Shown here: positions 27,019 to 37,424 of the stretch, piece after piece | Numbering within the stretch: the stretch's first letter is position 1 | Layout: every line of letters begins with the position of its first letter | From: Candidatus Spongiisociaceae bacterium | Lineage (GTDB): Bacteria; Actinomycetota; Acidimicrobiia; Spongiisociales; Spongiisociaceae | Length of the DNA: 64,000 nucleotides | Assembly (NCBI GenBank): GCA_965202665.1 | Contig: OZ241841.1 | Coordinates: forward strand, 1,376,001-1,440,000 | Direction: 5' to 3' | The notes under the pieces: generated by a model | Told to the model about the DNA's origin: nothing | The model's input: the letters and a program-made list of their open reading frames with translations, nothing else | Database searches by the model: none | Made by a program: the position numbers and the translations under genes

Positions 27019-28485
27019 ATGCCCAACCAACCCGGCGCGCCCCTCGAATACAAGGTGGCCGACCTCGGCTTGGCCGAACGGGGACGCACTGAAATCCGGT
27101 TGGCCGAACACGAAATGCCCGGATTAATGGCTTTGCGGGAGCGCTATGCGGGGCAACGTCCGCTGGCCGGGGCCCGCATTTCCGGGTCGTTGCATATGAC
27201 GGTGCAGACCGCGGTGTTGATCGAAACCCTGGCCGCCCTCGGCGCCGAGGTGCGGTGGGCCTCCTGCAACATTTTCTCCACCCAGGACGAGGCGGCGGCG
27301 GCGGTGGCGGTGGGGCGCCCCGAAACCGGCGGAACCCCCGACGACCCGCGCGGCATTCCGGTGTTCGCCTGGGAGGGGGAAACCTTGGAGGAATACTGGT
27401 GGTGCACCGACCGGATGCTGGAATGGGAGGGAAGCGACGGCCCCACCCTGATAGTGGACGACGGGGGGGACGCCACTTTGCTGGTGCACAAAGGGGCCGA
27501 ATACGGGCGGCTGGGGGCGGTCCCCTCCCACGACCCCGGCTCCGAGCCGGAAGAATGGGGGGTGATCCTGGACCTGTTGCGGGAGCGCCTGGCCGCGGAC
27601 GATCAATATTTTGTCCGGATGGCGGGCGGGGTGCGGGGGGTGAGCGAGGAAACCACCACCGGGGCGCGCCGCCTCTACCAGATGGAAAAAGCGGGGGAGT
27701 TGCTGTTTCCGGCCATGAACGTGAACGATTCCATCACCAAATCCAAGTTCGACAACGTGTACGGGTGCCGGCACAGCGTAATCGACGGGTTGAACCGGGC
27801 CACCGACGTGATGCTGGCCGGCAAAACGGCGGCGGTGGCCGGCTTCGGGGAGGTGGGCAAAGGATGCGCGTCCGCCCTGCGGGGCCAGGGATGCCGGGTG
27901 GTGGTGGCCGAAGTGGACCCCATTTCCGCCCTGCAGGCGGCGATGGAAGGCTACGAGGTGAACACCATGGACGAAATGGCGGGCCGGGCCGATATTTTCA
28001 TCACCGCCACCGGCAGCCGGGACGTGATCACGGTGGAGCACCTGTCCCGGATGAAGGACAAGGCCATCGTGGGCAACATCGGCCATTTTGACAACGAGAT
28101 CGACATGGCCGGTTTGAAAGCCGTCCCGGGGATTGTCCGCAACCGCATCAAGCCCCAGTACGACGAGTACGTGTTCCCTGAGGGGCGGTCGGTGCTGGTG
28201 CTGGCCGAAGGGCGCTTGCTCAACCTGGGATGCGCCACCGGCCACCCCAGTTTCGTGATGTCCGCCTCTTTCTCCAACCAGGTGCTGGCCCAGCTGGACT
28301 TGCACCGCAACGCCGACCAGTATCCGCCGTCGGTGCGGCGCCTGCCCCGGGAGTTGGACGAGGAGGTGGCCCGCCTGCATTTGGATCATCTGGGGGCCAA
28401 GTTGACCGCGCTGACCAAACAGCAGGCCGACTATCTGGGCGTGAACCCGGAAGGCCCCTTCAAAACCGACGACTACCTGTATTAG
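27019..28485 (+). CDS. ahcY: S-adenosylhomocysteine hydrolase
   Basis: [54 protein letters not shown]; TATAAT at 26979. Confidence 0.97.
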   Translation: MPNQPGAPLEYKVADLGLAERGRTEIRLAEHEMPGLMALRERYAGQRPLAGARISGSLHMTVQTAVLIETLAALGAEVRWASCNIFSTQDEAAAAVAVGRPETGGTPDDPRGIPVFAWEGETLEEYWWCTDRMLEWEGSDGPTLIVDDGGDATLLVHKGAEYGRLGAVPSHDPGSEPEEWGVILDLLRERLAADDQYFVRMAGGVRGVSEETTTGARRLYQMEKAGELLFPAMNVNDSITKSKFDNVYGCRHSVIDGLNRATDVMLAGKTAAVAGFGEVGKGCASALRGQGCRVVVAEVDPISALQAAMEGYEVNTMDEMAGRADIFITATGSRDVITVEHLSRMKDKAIVGNIGHFDNEIDMAGLKAVPGIVRNRIKPQYDEYVFPEGRSVLVLAEGRLLNLGCATGHPSFVMSASFSNQVLAQLDLHRNADQYPPSVRRLPRELDEEVARLHLDHLGAKLTALTKQQADYLGVNPEGPFKTDDYLY

Positions 28486-30035
28486 CGGCGCAGGACCCGC
28501 CCGGCGGAAACGTCGGCCAGCCGTCCGTCGGCGATGGCCGCCCGCCCGTTGACGAACGCGTATTCCACGCCCGCCGCCAAAGCCCGCCCGTTGTCGAAGT
28601 CGGCCCGGTCTTGGATTAGTTCCGGGCGGAACACCAGCAGGTCCGCCGCCCGGCCGGGGGCTATTTCCCCCCGGTCGGCCAGGCGGTAGCGGTCGGCGGG
28701 GACGCCGGTCATGCGATGGACGGCTTCTTCCAAACTGAGCCACCGTTTTTCCCGCACCGCGTAGGCCAGCATGCGGGCGTGGGCCCCGAACCCCCGGGGA
28801 TGGGGGCGCCCGCCCCGGTAGAGCCCGTCCGACCCGACCATTCCCAGCGGATGGGTGAGGGCCCGGCGCAGTTTCCCTTCGTCGTCCCATCGGTAGATCA
28901 TCAGAACCCGCAACCGGCATTGGGCCAGCAGTTCGCACACCGCCTCCCCCAAAGGTTTTCCCATACGCTCCGTTATTTCGGTCAAAGGCCGTCCCTCCAG
29001 GTCACGGTGGGGCCCCTCCGGCAGGGCGGAGAACACGGCCCGGCCGGGATGGGGGGTGAAGGTGCGGAAGAAAGATTCGATATGGGGGGCGGCCGCGGCC
29101 TGCGTTTCCGGGTCGGACAGGTTCTGGATGATTCGGCGCGGCGGCCCCCGGTCCAGCCAATGGGGGAGGCAGAACCCCAGATGGCTGCTGGCCGCCATAT
29201 AGGGGTAGGCGTCGAAGGCGATGTCCGTTCCCGCCTGATGGGCGCGGCCCAGGGTTTCATACAGGGCGTCCGAGCCGAACAGGTGGGAGATGCGCACCGC
29301 CACATCCGCTTCCCGGCCCACCCGCAGGGCTTCGGCGACGCCGGCTTCCACATCCCCCCGAATGCCCCGCACGTGGGAGACGTAAGCCCCGCCGTAGGAA
29401 GCCGCCGTGCGGGCCGTCGCCGCCAACTCTTCGAAAGAGGCGTGTCCGGCCGGGTGGTAGTCCAGCCCGGTCTGCAGGTCGCGGGCCCCCTGTTCCATAG
29501 CTTCCCGGGTCAAATCCCGCATGCGGCGGATTTCCTCCTGGGAGGCCGGGCGGGGATCCCAGCCGACAGCTTCCGCCCGGATGGCGTTGAAACCGGCCTG
29601 CGGAACCAGGTTGATCCCGATCCGCCCGTCGAACAGGGCCAGATATTCGGCCAGGTTGTCCCATTTCCAGTCCGGCTCCGGGGCTCCGTTGAACACTTCC
29701 AGGTAGGCGGCCATCTCCGCCCGGCGGGCCGGGGAGAGGGGGGCGTAGGCGAACCCGTCCGGGGACATCAGGTCGGTGGTGACCCCCTGCCGCAACCGGG
29801 CTTCCGCGCAGTCCCCCCGCAACAGCCCGAATTCGGAATGGGAGTGGACGTCGATGAAGCCGGGGCAGACGGCGCGGCCCCGGGCGTCGACGGCGCGCCG
29901 CGCCGCGGGCCGCTCCCCGCCCAAGTTCCGCTCCACCAAGAGGATGCGGTCCCCGGCCAAGCCCACATCGGCCCGGAACGGGGGTTTCCCCGTCCCGTCT
30001 ACCACCTCCCCTCCGGCGATCAGCCAGTCCAACAT
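28482..30035 (-). CDS. N-acyl-D-amino-acid deacylase family amidohydrolase
   Basis: [28 protein letters not shown]...[16 protein letters not shown]. Confidence 0.88.
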   Translation of the reverse strand: MLDWLIAGGEVVDGTGKPPFRADVGLAGDRILLVERNLGGERPAARRAVDARGRAVCPGFIDVHSHSEFGLLRGDCAEARLRQGVTTDLMSPDGFAYAPLSPARRAEMAAYLEVFNGAPEPDWKWDNLAEYLALFDGRIGINLVPQAGFNAIRAEAVGWDPRPASQEEIRRMRDLTREAMEQGARDLQTGLDYHPAGHASFEELAATARTAASYGGAYVSHVRGIRGDVEAGVAEALRVGREADVAVRISHLFGSDALYETLGRAHQAGTDIAFDAYPYMAASSHLGFCLPHWLDRGPPRRIIQNLSDPETQAAAAPHIESFFRTFTPHPGRAVFSALPEGPHRDLEGRPLTEITERMGKPLGEAVCELLAQCRLRVLMIYRWDDEGKLRRALTHPLGMVGSDGLYRGGRPHPRGFGAHARMLAYAVREKRWLSLEEAVHRMTGVPADRYRLADRGEIAPGRAADLLVFRPELIQDRADFDNGRALAAGVEYAFVNGRAAIADGRLADVSAGRVLRR

Positions 30036-30105
30036 TTTTTTACCATACCCACCCGACGGGGCGGCCGGTCCGGGAACGGGCCGGAGGCGGGGTAGGATCG
30101 GGGAC

Positions 30106-31773
30106 ATGAGTTTCATCCGGGTGGCCGGGGCGCAAATCAATCTGCGGGTCGGCGACCTGGAATACAACGAGGCCCGCATCGCGGAGGCGATGGAGTGGGC
30201 GGAGGGGGAGCGGGCCCGCCTGTTGCTGTTGCCGGAACTGGCCGTGTGCGGCTACCCCCCCGAGGATCTGGTGTTGCGCTCCGCTTTTTTGGAGGCCAAC
30301 CGGGAGGTCGTCGACCGCTTGGCCCGCCGGGCGGGGGAGACGGCGACGGTGGTCGGTTTCGCTGAACCCCTCCCTCCTTTCGCCTCCGCCCACCGGGGGG
30401 CCCCGGACGCGGTGGAGCGGCGCGTTGCCAACGCCGCCGCCCTGTTGCGCCGGGGGCGGACGGTCGGGGTCTACCGCAAAGTGATGCTCCCCAACTACGG
30501 AGTGTTCGACGAAGACCGGCATTTCGCGCCCGGTTCCGCTCCGGACGCGGTGTGGGAGATAGGCGGGATGAAGGTGGGGGTTTCCATCTGCGAGGACATC
30601 TGGGTGGAGGACGGCCCCCCCGCCCGCCAGGCGGCGGCAGGGGCGCAACTGCTGGTCAACATCAACGGCTCCCCCTATCAAATCGGCAAACCGGCCCAAC
30701 GGATGGGGCACGTCCGGCGGCAAGCGGAGCGCTCCGGCCTGCCGGTGGTCTATTTGAACCTGGTGGGCGGCCAAGACGAGTTGGTCTTCGACGGGGCTTC
30801 GCTGGCGGTGGGCGGCGACGGGCGGCTCCTATACCGGGCCCCCTCTTTTGCGGAAGAACATTTCACGGTGGACGTCCCCATCGGCGGCGGGGAAAGCCGG
30901 GAGGCGTCCGGTTCCTCCCCGCAACTGGAGACGAACGAGGAGATTTACCGGGCTCTAACCCTCGGTTTTGGCGATTATGTGCGAAAAAACGGGTTTGAGA
31001 AGGTGATTGTGGGGTTGTCAGGCGGAATAGATTCGGCTCTGACGGCGACGGTGGCCGCGGACGCCCTCGGCCCGGAGGCGGTGCGGGGGGTGACCATGCC
31101 TTCCCGGTTTTCTTCGCCCGGTTCGGTCGGCGACTCCCGGGAGTTGGCGCGGCGGCTGGGAATCCGGCTGGACGAAATTCCGATTGCCGACCTGTTCGCA
31201 ACCTATCAAACTACATTGGAGGAGGTGTTCGCCGGAACCGAATTCGGAGTGGCCGAAGAGAACCTGCAGTCCCGCATTCGGGGGGCCCTGCTGATGGCCC
31301 TGTCCAACAAGTACGGGGAGATGGTGGCCGCCACCGGCAACAAGTCGGAGATGGCGGTGGGCTACGCCACCCTCTACGGGGATCTGGCGGGCGGGTTCGC
31401 GGTCCTGAAAGACGTTTTCAAAACCAAAGTGTACGAGTTGGCCCGCTGGCGCAACCGCCGGGGGGAGGCGATTCCGGAGGCCGTCCTCTCCAAGCCCCCT
31501 TCGGCCGAGTTGCGGCCCGGCCAGTTGGACACCGACAGCCTGCCCCCCTACGAAGTACTGGACCCCATCTTGGCCGCCTACATTGAAGAGGACCGGTCGG
31601 TGGGGGACATAGCGGCGGCGGGAGCGGACCGGGAACTGGCGCAACGGGTGGCCGGGTTGGTGGACCGCAACGAATACAAGCGGCGCCAGGCCCCGCCGGG
31701 AGTGAAAATCACCGCCAAGGCCTTCGGGCGGGACCGCCGCTTGCCGATAACCAACGGTTGGCGAAAGGGTTGA
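30106..31773 (+). CDS. nadE: Glutamine-dependent NAD+ synthetase
   Basis: PELAVCGYPPED, LPNYGVFDE, ICEDIW, GLSGGIDS, TGNKSE, PPSAELRP. Confidence 0.95.
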   Translation: MSFIRVAGAQINLRVGDLEYNEARIAEAMEWAEGERARLLLLPELAVCGYPPEDLVLRSAFLEANREVVDRLARRAGETATVVGFAEPLPPFASAHRGAPDAVERRVANAAALLRRGRTVGVYRKVMLPNYGVFDEDRHFAPGSAPDAVWEIGGMKVGVSICEDIWVEDGPPARQAAAGAQLLVNINGSPYQIGKPAQRMGHVRRQAERSGLPVVYLNLVGGQDELVFDGASLAVGGDGRLLYRAPSFAEEHFTVDVPIGGGESREASGSSPQLETNEEIYRALTLGFGDYVRKNGFEKVIVGLSGGIDSALTATVAADALGPEAVRGVTMPSRFSSPGSVGDSRELARRLGIRLDEIPIADLFATYQTTLEEVFAGTEFGVAEENLQSRIRGALLMALSNKYGEMVAATGNKSEMAVGYATLYGDLAGGFAVLKDVFKTKVYELARWRNRRGEAIPEAVLSKPPSAELRPGQLDTDSLPPYEVLDPILAAYIEEDRSVGDIAAAGADRELAQRVAGLVDRNEYKRRQAPPGVKITAKAFGRDRRLPITNGWRKG

Positions 31774-31778
31774 ACGAA

Positions 31779-32597
31779 ATGGACGAGGTTTTGGGCCCGG
31801 TTTTGCGCAACGGCGCCCCGGCGGAGGCGGCGATGCCCATCTGGGATCCGATCGTGGTGCGGGGGGACGGCTGCTTTGAGGCCCTGCGTTCCTACGGGGG
31901 CCGCCTGTTCGGGCTGGACGACCACCTGGACCGGCTGGCCGCCTCCGCCGCCGCCTTGGACATCGCCCTGCCTTCCCTGGAAAAAGTGGGGCGGTGGGCC
32001 AACCGGGCCGCCGCCGAGGTGTGGGAGGGGGTGGTGCGGATTCTGGTTTCGGGCGGCCCGCAGGGTGCGGAAGTGTACGTGTTCGCCACCCCCCTGCCCG
32101 ACATCCCGGAAACTTTGCGCCTGGGGCCGGTGGCCGCCCCCTGGCATCCGGGCGGGGAGGAATGGGAGTTGGCCGGAATCAAAACCCTGTCCTACGCCCC
32201 CAATATGGCGGCCGGGCGGGTAGCGCAGCAACGGGGTTTCGACGACGCCCTGCTGATCAGCCGCGACGGCCACGTTCTGGAAGCCCCCACTTCGTCGGCG
32301 CTGTGGGCGGTGGACGGGGTGATTGAAACCCCCTCTTTGGATTTGGGGATTTTAGGTTCCATCACCCGCCGCACCGCGTTGGCCCTGGCCGCCCGCCTGC
32401 GGTTGCCGGTGCGGGAAGGCCGGTTCCCCCTGTCCCGGTTGGAGGAGGCTTCCGAGGCGGCCCTGCTGTCCTCCGTCAAAGAAATAGTCCCGGTGACCGC
32501 AGTGGGGGAATGGACCTACCCGCCGGGGCCGATAACCGCCTGCCTGGCCGCCGCCTACCGGGAAGAAGTGGACCGCCTCGGCCCCCCCGACCCCTGA
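31779..32597 (+). CDS. Class IV PLP aminotransferase (aminodeoxychorismate-lyase-like)
   Basis: GDGCFEALR, IKTLSY, LEAPTSS, ILGSITR. Confidence 0.87.
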   Translation: MDEVLGPVLRNGAPAEAAMPIWDPIVVRGDGCFEALRSYGGRLFGLDDHLDRLAASAAALDIALPSLEKVGRWANRAAAEVWEGVVRILVSGGPQGAEVYVFATPLPDIPETLRLGPVAAPWHPGGEEWELAGIKTLSYAPNMAAGRVAQQRGFDDALLISRDGHVLEAPTSSALWAVDGVIETPSLDLGILGSITRRTALALAARLRLPVREGRFPLSRLEEASEAALLSSVKEIVPVTAVGEWTYPPGPITACLAAAYREEVDRLGPPDP

Positions 32598-32888
32598 GCG
32601 TCCCGAAACGCGAAAAATATCTCTATCGCCCCCCTTGAATTTTCAGCAAAACCACCGTATGTTATGGGCGGGAGGGCGGGGGGAGGGCGGGCCCCCGAAT
32701 TTCAAGAACGCGAAAAGTTTTCTTAGGAAATCCCGAAATCCGGACAGCCGATTTCTCCGGTTGGAATTGCGCAACCCCGCCCGCCCCGACCTGCGTTCCC
32801 GCTCCGCCTGGCCGCTCCGGCCTTTCATTCCCCCCCACCCCCCATTCCGAAAGAGCCCGCCCAAGCCCCGCATGGTATCCTGGCCTTC

Positions 32889-33410
32889 ATGCCTTTGAAA
32901 GAAAACCAGTTCGGCCGCTACTACGAGGATTTCGAAGAGGGGGACGTCTACCGCAGCCCCTTGGGGCGCACCATCACCGAAGCGGACAATATCTGGATGA
33001 CCCTGCTCACCATGAACACCAACCAGTCCCATTTCAACGACCACTACGCCGCCTCCACCCCGTACGGCAAGGCCATCGTCAACTCGGGGGTGACTTTGGC
33101 CATCGTGCTGGGGTTGAGCGTGGTGGACACCTCCCAGAAGGTGTTCGCCAACCTGGGCTGGGACCGCATCCGCCTCACCAAGCCGGTGTTCGTGGGCGAC
33201 ACCCTCTACGCCGAATCCCAAGTGCTGTCCAAACGGGAGTCGGAGTCCCGCCCCTACGGGGGGATCGTCTCCTTTCGCACCCGCGGCCTCAACCAGAACG
33301 GGGGCACGGTGCTGGTCTACGAGCGGTCGGTTTTCGCCTACAAGCGCTCCGCCCCCCAGGACAAAGGGTTCTGGCCGGAGCCGGACGTCCCCATCGAGGA
33401 ACTGGGCTAG
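32889..33410 (+). CDS. MaoC-family dehydratase
   Basis: GRYYEDF, GRTITEADN, PVFVGDTLY. Confidence 0.88.
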   Translation: MPLKENQFGRYYEDFEEGDVYRSPLGRTITEADNIWMTLLTMNTNQSHFNDHYAASTPYGKAIVNSGVTLAIVLGLSVVDTSQKVFANLGWDRIRLTKPVFVGDTLYAESQVLSKRESESRPYGGIVSFRTRGLNQNGGTVLVYERSVFAYKRSAPQDKGFWPEPDVPIEELG

Positions 33411-33412
33411 CC

Positions 33413-34576
33413 TCAGTCGATTTTGACCCGCTCCGAGATCAGGCCGCGGGCGATCACCATTTTCAGAATGTCGTTGGTGCCTTCCCCGATGGCGGTCAGG
33501 GGGGCGTCCCGGTAGAGCCGCTCGATGTCCAACTCCTGGGAGTAGCCGGCCCCGCCGTGCACCCGCATGGAAGTCAGGGAGTTCTCCAAAGCGGCTTCGG
33601 AGGCGAAATATTTGGCCATCCCCGCCTCCAAGTCGGCCCGTTTCCCCCCGTCGGCTTGGGAGGCCGCCCACCAGGTGAGCAACCGGGCGGCCTGCGCCTT
33701 GGTGGCCATTTCCGCCAGTTTCAACTGGATGGCTTGGAACCCGGCGATGGGCCGGCCGAAGGCGGTTCGCTCCCGGCTGTAGGCGAGGGCCTGGTCGTAG
33801 GCTTCCTGGGCGATGCCCACCGACCGGGCGGCGATGTTGATGCGCCCGATTTCCAACCCGCCCAGCGTCTGTTGCAGGCCGCGTCCTTCTTCCCCGCCCA
33901 GCAGGTTGGCGGCCGGCGTCCGCACATCGTCCAACAGCACCTCGCAGCTTTCGGTTCCCTTGTAGCCCAGCTTGGGCAGGTCGCGGGAGATGACGAAGCC
34001 GGGGGTTTCCGCCTCCACCAGCAACACGCTCATTCCCCGATGGGCCGGGTCGGCCTCCGGGTCGGTTTTGACCAGCACCGGCAACGGGTCGGCGTAACGG
34101 GCGTTGGTGATCCACATTTTGGTTCCCCGGATGACGTATTCCCCCCCGTCCCGCACCGCCCGGGTTTTGATGCCCTGCAGGTCGGAGCCGGCGTCCGGTT
34201 CGGTGAGGGCCAGGCCGGTGCGCCTTTTGCCGGAGGCCAGGTCGGGCAGGAAGCGGCGCCGCTGTTCTTCGGTGCCGTATTTGGCGATCATGTGGCAGGA
34301 CAGGGTGTGGCTGCCGAGGATGCCGGCGATGCCCATCCAAGCCCGGCTGATTTCCTCGAAGGCGATGGCCAGGCTGACCAGATCCGCCCCCATCCCGCCG
34401 TATTCCTCCGGTACGGTCAGCCCGAACAGGCCCATCTGTTTCATGGACTCCACTATTTCGGCCGGGTAGCGGTCGGAATGCTCCCATTCCCGCGCCACCG
34501 GCCGGATCTCCCGGTCGGCGAATTGGCGCACGGTGTCGCGGAACAGCAGGTGTTCCTGACTCAGGTTGAAATCCAT
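33413..34576 (-). CDS. Acyl-CoA dehydrogenase
   Basis: LTEPDAGSD, GTKMWITN, HGGAGY, IGEGTNDI. Confidence 0.93.
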   Translation of the reverse strand: MDFNLSQEHLLFRDTVRQFADREIRPVAREWEHSDRYPAEIVESMKQMGLFGLTVPEEYGGMGADLVSLAIAFEEISRAWMGIAGILGSHTLSCHMIAKYGTEEQRRRFLPDLASGKRRTGLALTEPDAGSDLQGIKTRAVRDGGEYVIRGTKMWITNARYADPLPVLVKTDPEADPAHRGMSVLLVEAETPGFVISRDLPKLGYKGTESCEVLLDDVRTPAANLLGGEEGRGLQQTLGGLEIGRINIAARSVGIAQEAYDQALAYSRERTAFGRPIAGFQAIQLKLAEMATKAQAARLLTWWAASQADGGKRADLEAGMAKYFASEAALENSLTSMRVHGGAGYSQELDIERLYRDAPLTAIGEGTNDILKMVIARGLISERVKID

Positions 34577-34723
34577 TGTCGGCCTCCTCGGCGGCGGGCG
34601 GGTTGCTTTGATTCGCTTTTAGAGGGTAGAGGGTCGGGGGCGGGTTTGCCCGCCGGATGACGGGGGAGGCGGCCCGCCTGCGGTAAGGTAGCCGCTTATC
34701 AGACCGGCGGAGGACGGAAAAGC

Positions 34724-35653
34724 ATGGACAACGACGAACGCCCCCTGGTGGTGGCGGCCGAGCCGATTTCAGCGGCGGGCCTGGATCTGCTGGGACGGAG
34801 CTGCCGGGTGGAGGAGGCGGCTGAAGTCCCCCGGGAGCGCCTGCTGGAACTGATGGGGGAGGCGCGGGGGCTGGTGGTGCGCAGCGGGGTGCGGGTGGAT
34901 CGGGAACTGATCGGGGCCGCCCCCCGGTTGGCGGTGATCGGCCGGGCGGGGGTGGGGCTGGACAACATAGACCTGGAGGCGGCCCGGGAGGCGGGCGCGG
35001 AGGTGGTGAGCACTCCCGCCGCCAACTCCATTTCCGCCGCCGAACATACCATGGCCCTGATGTTGGCCATGTGCCGTCATATTCCGCAGGCGGACGCCTC
35101 CATCCGGGCGGGGGCGTGGGAGCGGACCCGGTTCCGGGGGGTGGAGTTGTACGGGAAGACGCTGGGGGTGGTGGGGCTGGGCCGCATCGGGACGCTGGTG
35201 GCGGAACGGGCCTTGGCCTTCGGAATGTCTTTTCTGGTCTACGACCCCTATCTGACCGAAGAGCGGGTGGCCGGGCTGGGAGGGGAGCTGGTTGAATTGG
35301 AAACTTTGCTGTCCCGCTCCGATTTCATCACCATCCACATTCCGCTTACCGAGGAGACCCGCAACCTGATCGGGCGGGAAGCTTTGGCGGCCGCCAAGCC
35401 GGGGGTGCGCATCGTGAACGCCTCCCGGGGCGGCGTGCTGGACGAAGACGCCCTGGTGGAGGCGCTGCGCTCCGGCCGGGTGGGGGGAGCCGCTTTGGAT
35501 GTGTTCGCCTCCGAACCGATGACGGAAGGGCCCCTGCTGGACTGCCCGGGCATAGTGATGACCCCTCATTTGGCCGCCTCCACCGTCGAAGCCCAAGACC
35601 GGGTGGGAGAAGAGGTGGCCCAAAGAATGCTGGAGGTCCTAGCCCGAACGTAG
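34724..35653 (+). CDS. D-2-hydroxyacid dehydrogenase (SerA-like, lacking the ACT domain)
   Basis: RAGVGLDNID, GLGRIG, NASRGG, ALDVFASEP, TPHLAAST. Confidence 0.88.
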   Translation: MDNDERPLVVAAEPISAAGLDLLGRSCRVEEAAEVPRERLLELMGEARGLVVRSGVRVDRELIGAAPRLAVIGRAGVGLDNIDLEAAREAGAEVVSTPAANSISAAEHTMALMLAMCRHIPQADASIRAGAWERTRFRGVELYGKTLGVVGLGRIGTLVAERALAFGMSFLVYDPYLTEERVAGLGGELVELETLLSRSDFITIHIPLTEETRNLIGREALAAAKPGVRIVNASRGGVLDEDALVEALRSGRVGGAALDVFASEPMTEGPLLDCPGIVMTPHLAASTVEAQDRVGEEVAQRMLEVLART

Positions 35654-35679
35654 CGCACCCTGGGGGAGCGACCCAGCGC

Positions 35680-36072
35680 ACCAGTTGTACCGTGGCGCAC
35701 GATTTGTTTCTTAGGACTTGAACCTTTTGTAGCGTGGTACACGATTTATCCTTTTGAAAGCGCACGAGTTGTGCTATGGCGCACGATTTGTCCTTTTGGG
35801 AGCACACGAATTGTACTGCGACGCACGATTTGTTTCTTTGGGTTCGTACTTTTTGTAGCGTGGTACACGATTTGTCTTTTTGGGAGCACACGAGTTGTAC
35901 CGTGACGCACGATTTGTTTCTTTGGGTTCGTACTTTTTGTAGCGTGGTACATGATTTGTCTTTTTGGGAGCGCACGAGTTGTGCTATGGCGCACGATTTG
36001 TCCTTTTGGGAGCACACGAATTGTACTGCGACGCACGATTTGTTTCTTTGGCCTTGTACTTTTTGTAGCGTA
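35680..36072. repeat. Degenerate 42-bp tandem array (~9.5 units, 21-bp sub-period)
   Basis: CAYGATTT recurs at 35698, 35740, 35782, 35824, 35866, 35908, 35950, 35992 and 36034. Confidence 0.92.
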
Positions 36073-36140
36073 GCGAACAAATGATGCGGTTCGTCTAATA
36101 TGGGTCTGCATAAAATCCCGCTCCCTATAAGATAGGAGAG

Positions 36141-37379
36141 ATGGAATACCAATCAAGAATTGCAGACGCCCAGTTGGCCGACATGCTCGCCGGTCTGCCC
36201 GCGGTCCTGATTGAGGGGGTGAGAGCAGTCGGCAAAACGGAAACCGCCCGCCGGGTCTGCGCCGACGAGATGTTGTTGGATGACCCCAACGTTTATGAGA
36301 TGGTGCGCGACGACCCGTTTAAGGCGGTGACCGGCTGGCGGGACCCGTTGCTGGTCGACGAGTGGCAACGTATCGGTCCGGTCTTTGACGGAGTGCGGCG
36401 GCAGGTGGACGACGACTATCGCCCCGGCCGGTTCGTGCTCACCGGTTCGGCCCGCCCGGTGGGGATCACCGCCCACTCCGGCGCCGGCCGGATAGCGGTT
36501 TTGCGAATGCGTCCCATGACATTGCCGGAGAGGGGGGCGGTCTCCCCGCAGGCGTCTTTGTCGCACCTGTTGGAGGGAGGCAAAGATTCGGTGGCGGGCC
36601 GAACCGAATTCGGGCTGGACGAATACGCTGAAGAAATCGGCCTTTCCGGTTTTCCCGGCATTCGGTTGCACCCCGGGGAAAGCCGGTTGCAACTCTCCGG
36701 ATACATAGAGAACATCATCCAACGCGATATAGAGGTATCGGGGTACAAATCGCGCAAGCCCGAATCTTTACGACGGTGGCTGGAGGCGTTCGCGGCCGTC
36801 GCCTCGGAGACCGCTTCTTTGGAGAAAATACGCGTCGCCGCCACCCGCGGAGATGGCTCGGCGCCCGGTCGGGGAGCGGCTTTGGACTACTACGAGGCTT
36901 TACGCCGTCTATGGGTGATCGACGACCTTCCGGGCTGGACGCCAACGGAGGACAAGTTGTCTTCGGTCAACCAGACGCCGAAACGCCATATGGCGGATCC
37001 CGCCTTGGCGATGGCGTTGCTAAATCGCGAACCTTCGTCTTTGATAACGGACCGGGAGTTTTTCGGCAAGCTCTTCGAGTCGCTGGTTGCGCTGACCGTT
37101 CGGGTGTTCGCGCAAGCGGCGGACGCCCGGGTGTTCCACCTTCGCACCAAAGGAGGCCGCCAAGAAGTGGATTTCATCGTGGAGACCGGCGAAGGGCGCG
37201 TGTTGGCGTTGGAGGCGAAACTGTCCCGGCAGATCGGGAAGGAGGATGTCGACCACCTGCATTGGCTGCGCAACCGGCTGGGTTCGCGCTGGATCGACGG
37301 GGCGGTGATCAACACCGGCCCATTCGCCCACCGCCAAGACGGAATAGCGGTAATCCCCCTAGCCCTTCTCGGCCCTTGA
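36141..37379 (+). CDS. AAA_14 ATPase with DUF4143 and C-terminal PD-(D/E)xK-like motif
   Basis: GVRAVGKT, LVDEWQ, LTGS, HSGAGR, PKRHMADP, EVDFIVE...LEAK. Confidence 0.85.
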   Translation: MEYQSRIADAQLADMLAGLPAVLIEGVRAVGKTETARRVCADEMLLDDPNVYEMVRDDPFKAVTGWRDPLLVDEWQRIGPVFDGVRRQVDDDYRPGRFVLTGSARPVGITAHSGAGRIAVLRMRPMTLPERGAVSPQASLSHLLEGGKDSVAGRTEFGLDEYAEEIGLSGFPGIRLHPGESRLQLSGYIENIIQRDIEVSGYKSRKPESLRRWLEAFAAVASETASLEKIRVAATRGDGSAPGRGAALDYYEALRRLWVIDDLPGWTPTEDKLSSVNQTPKRHMADPALAMALLNREPSSLITDREFFGKLFESLVALTVRVFAQAADARVFHLRTKGGRQEVDFIVETGEGRVLALEAKLSRQIGKEDVDHLHWLRNRLGSRWIDGAVINTGPFAHRQDGIAVIPLALLGP

Positions 37380-37424
37380 AACCGCCTCGGCAAAGGCGCC
37401 ACTATGTTGGTCCTATGGTCGTGC

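Noticed and set aside
32600-32880. AT-richer intergenic region with repeated ACGCGAAAA
   Set aside because: Only two loose copies and no convincing structure; not enough to call an ncRNA or operator.
35680-36072. CRISPR array
   Set aside because: The segments between conserved cores recur as a few types rather than being unique spacers, the 42-bp period is too short, and no cas genes are present.
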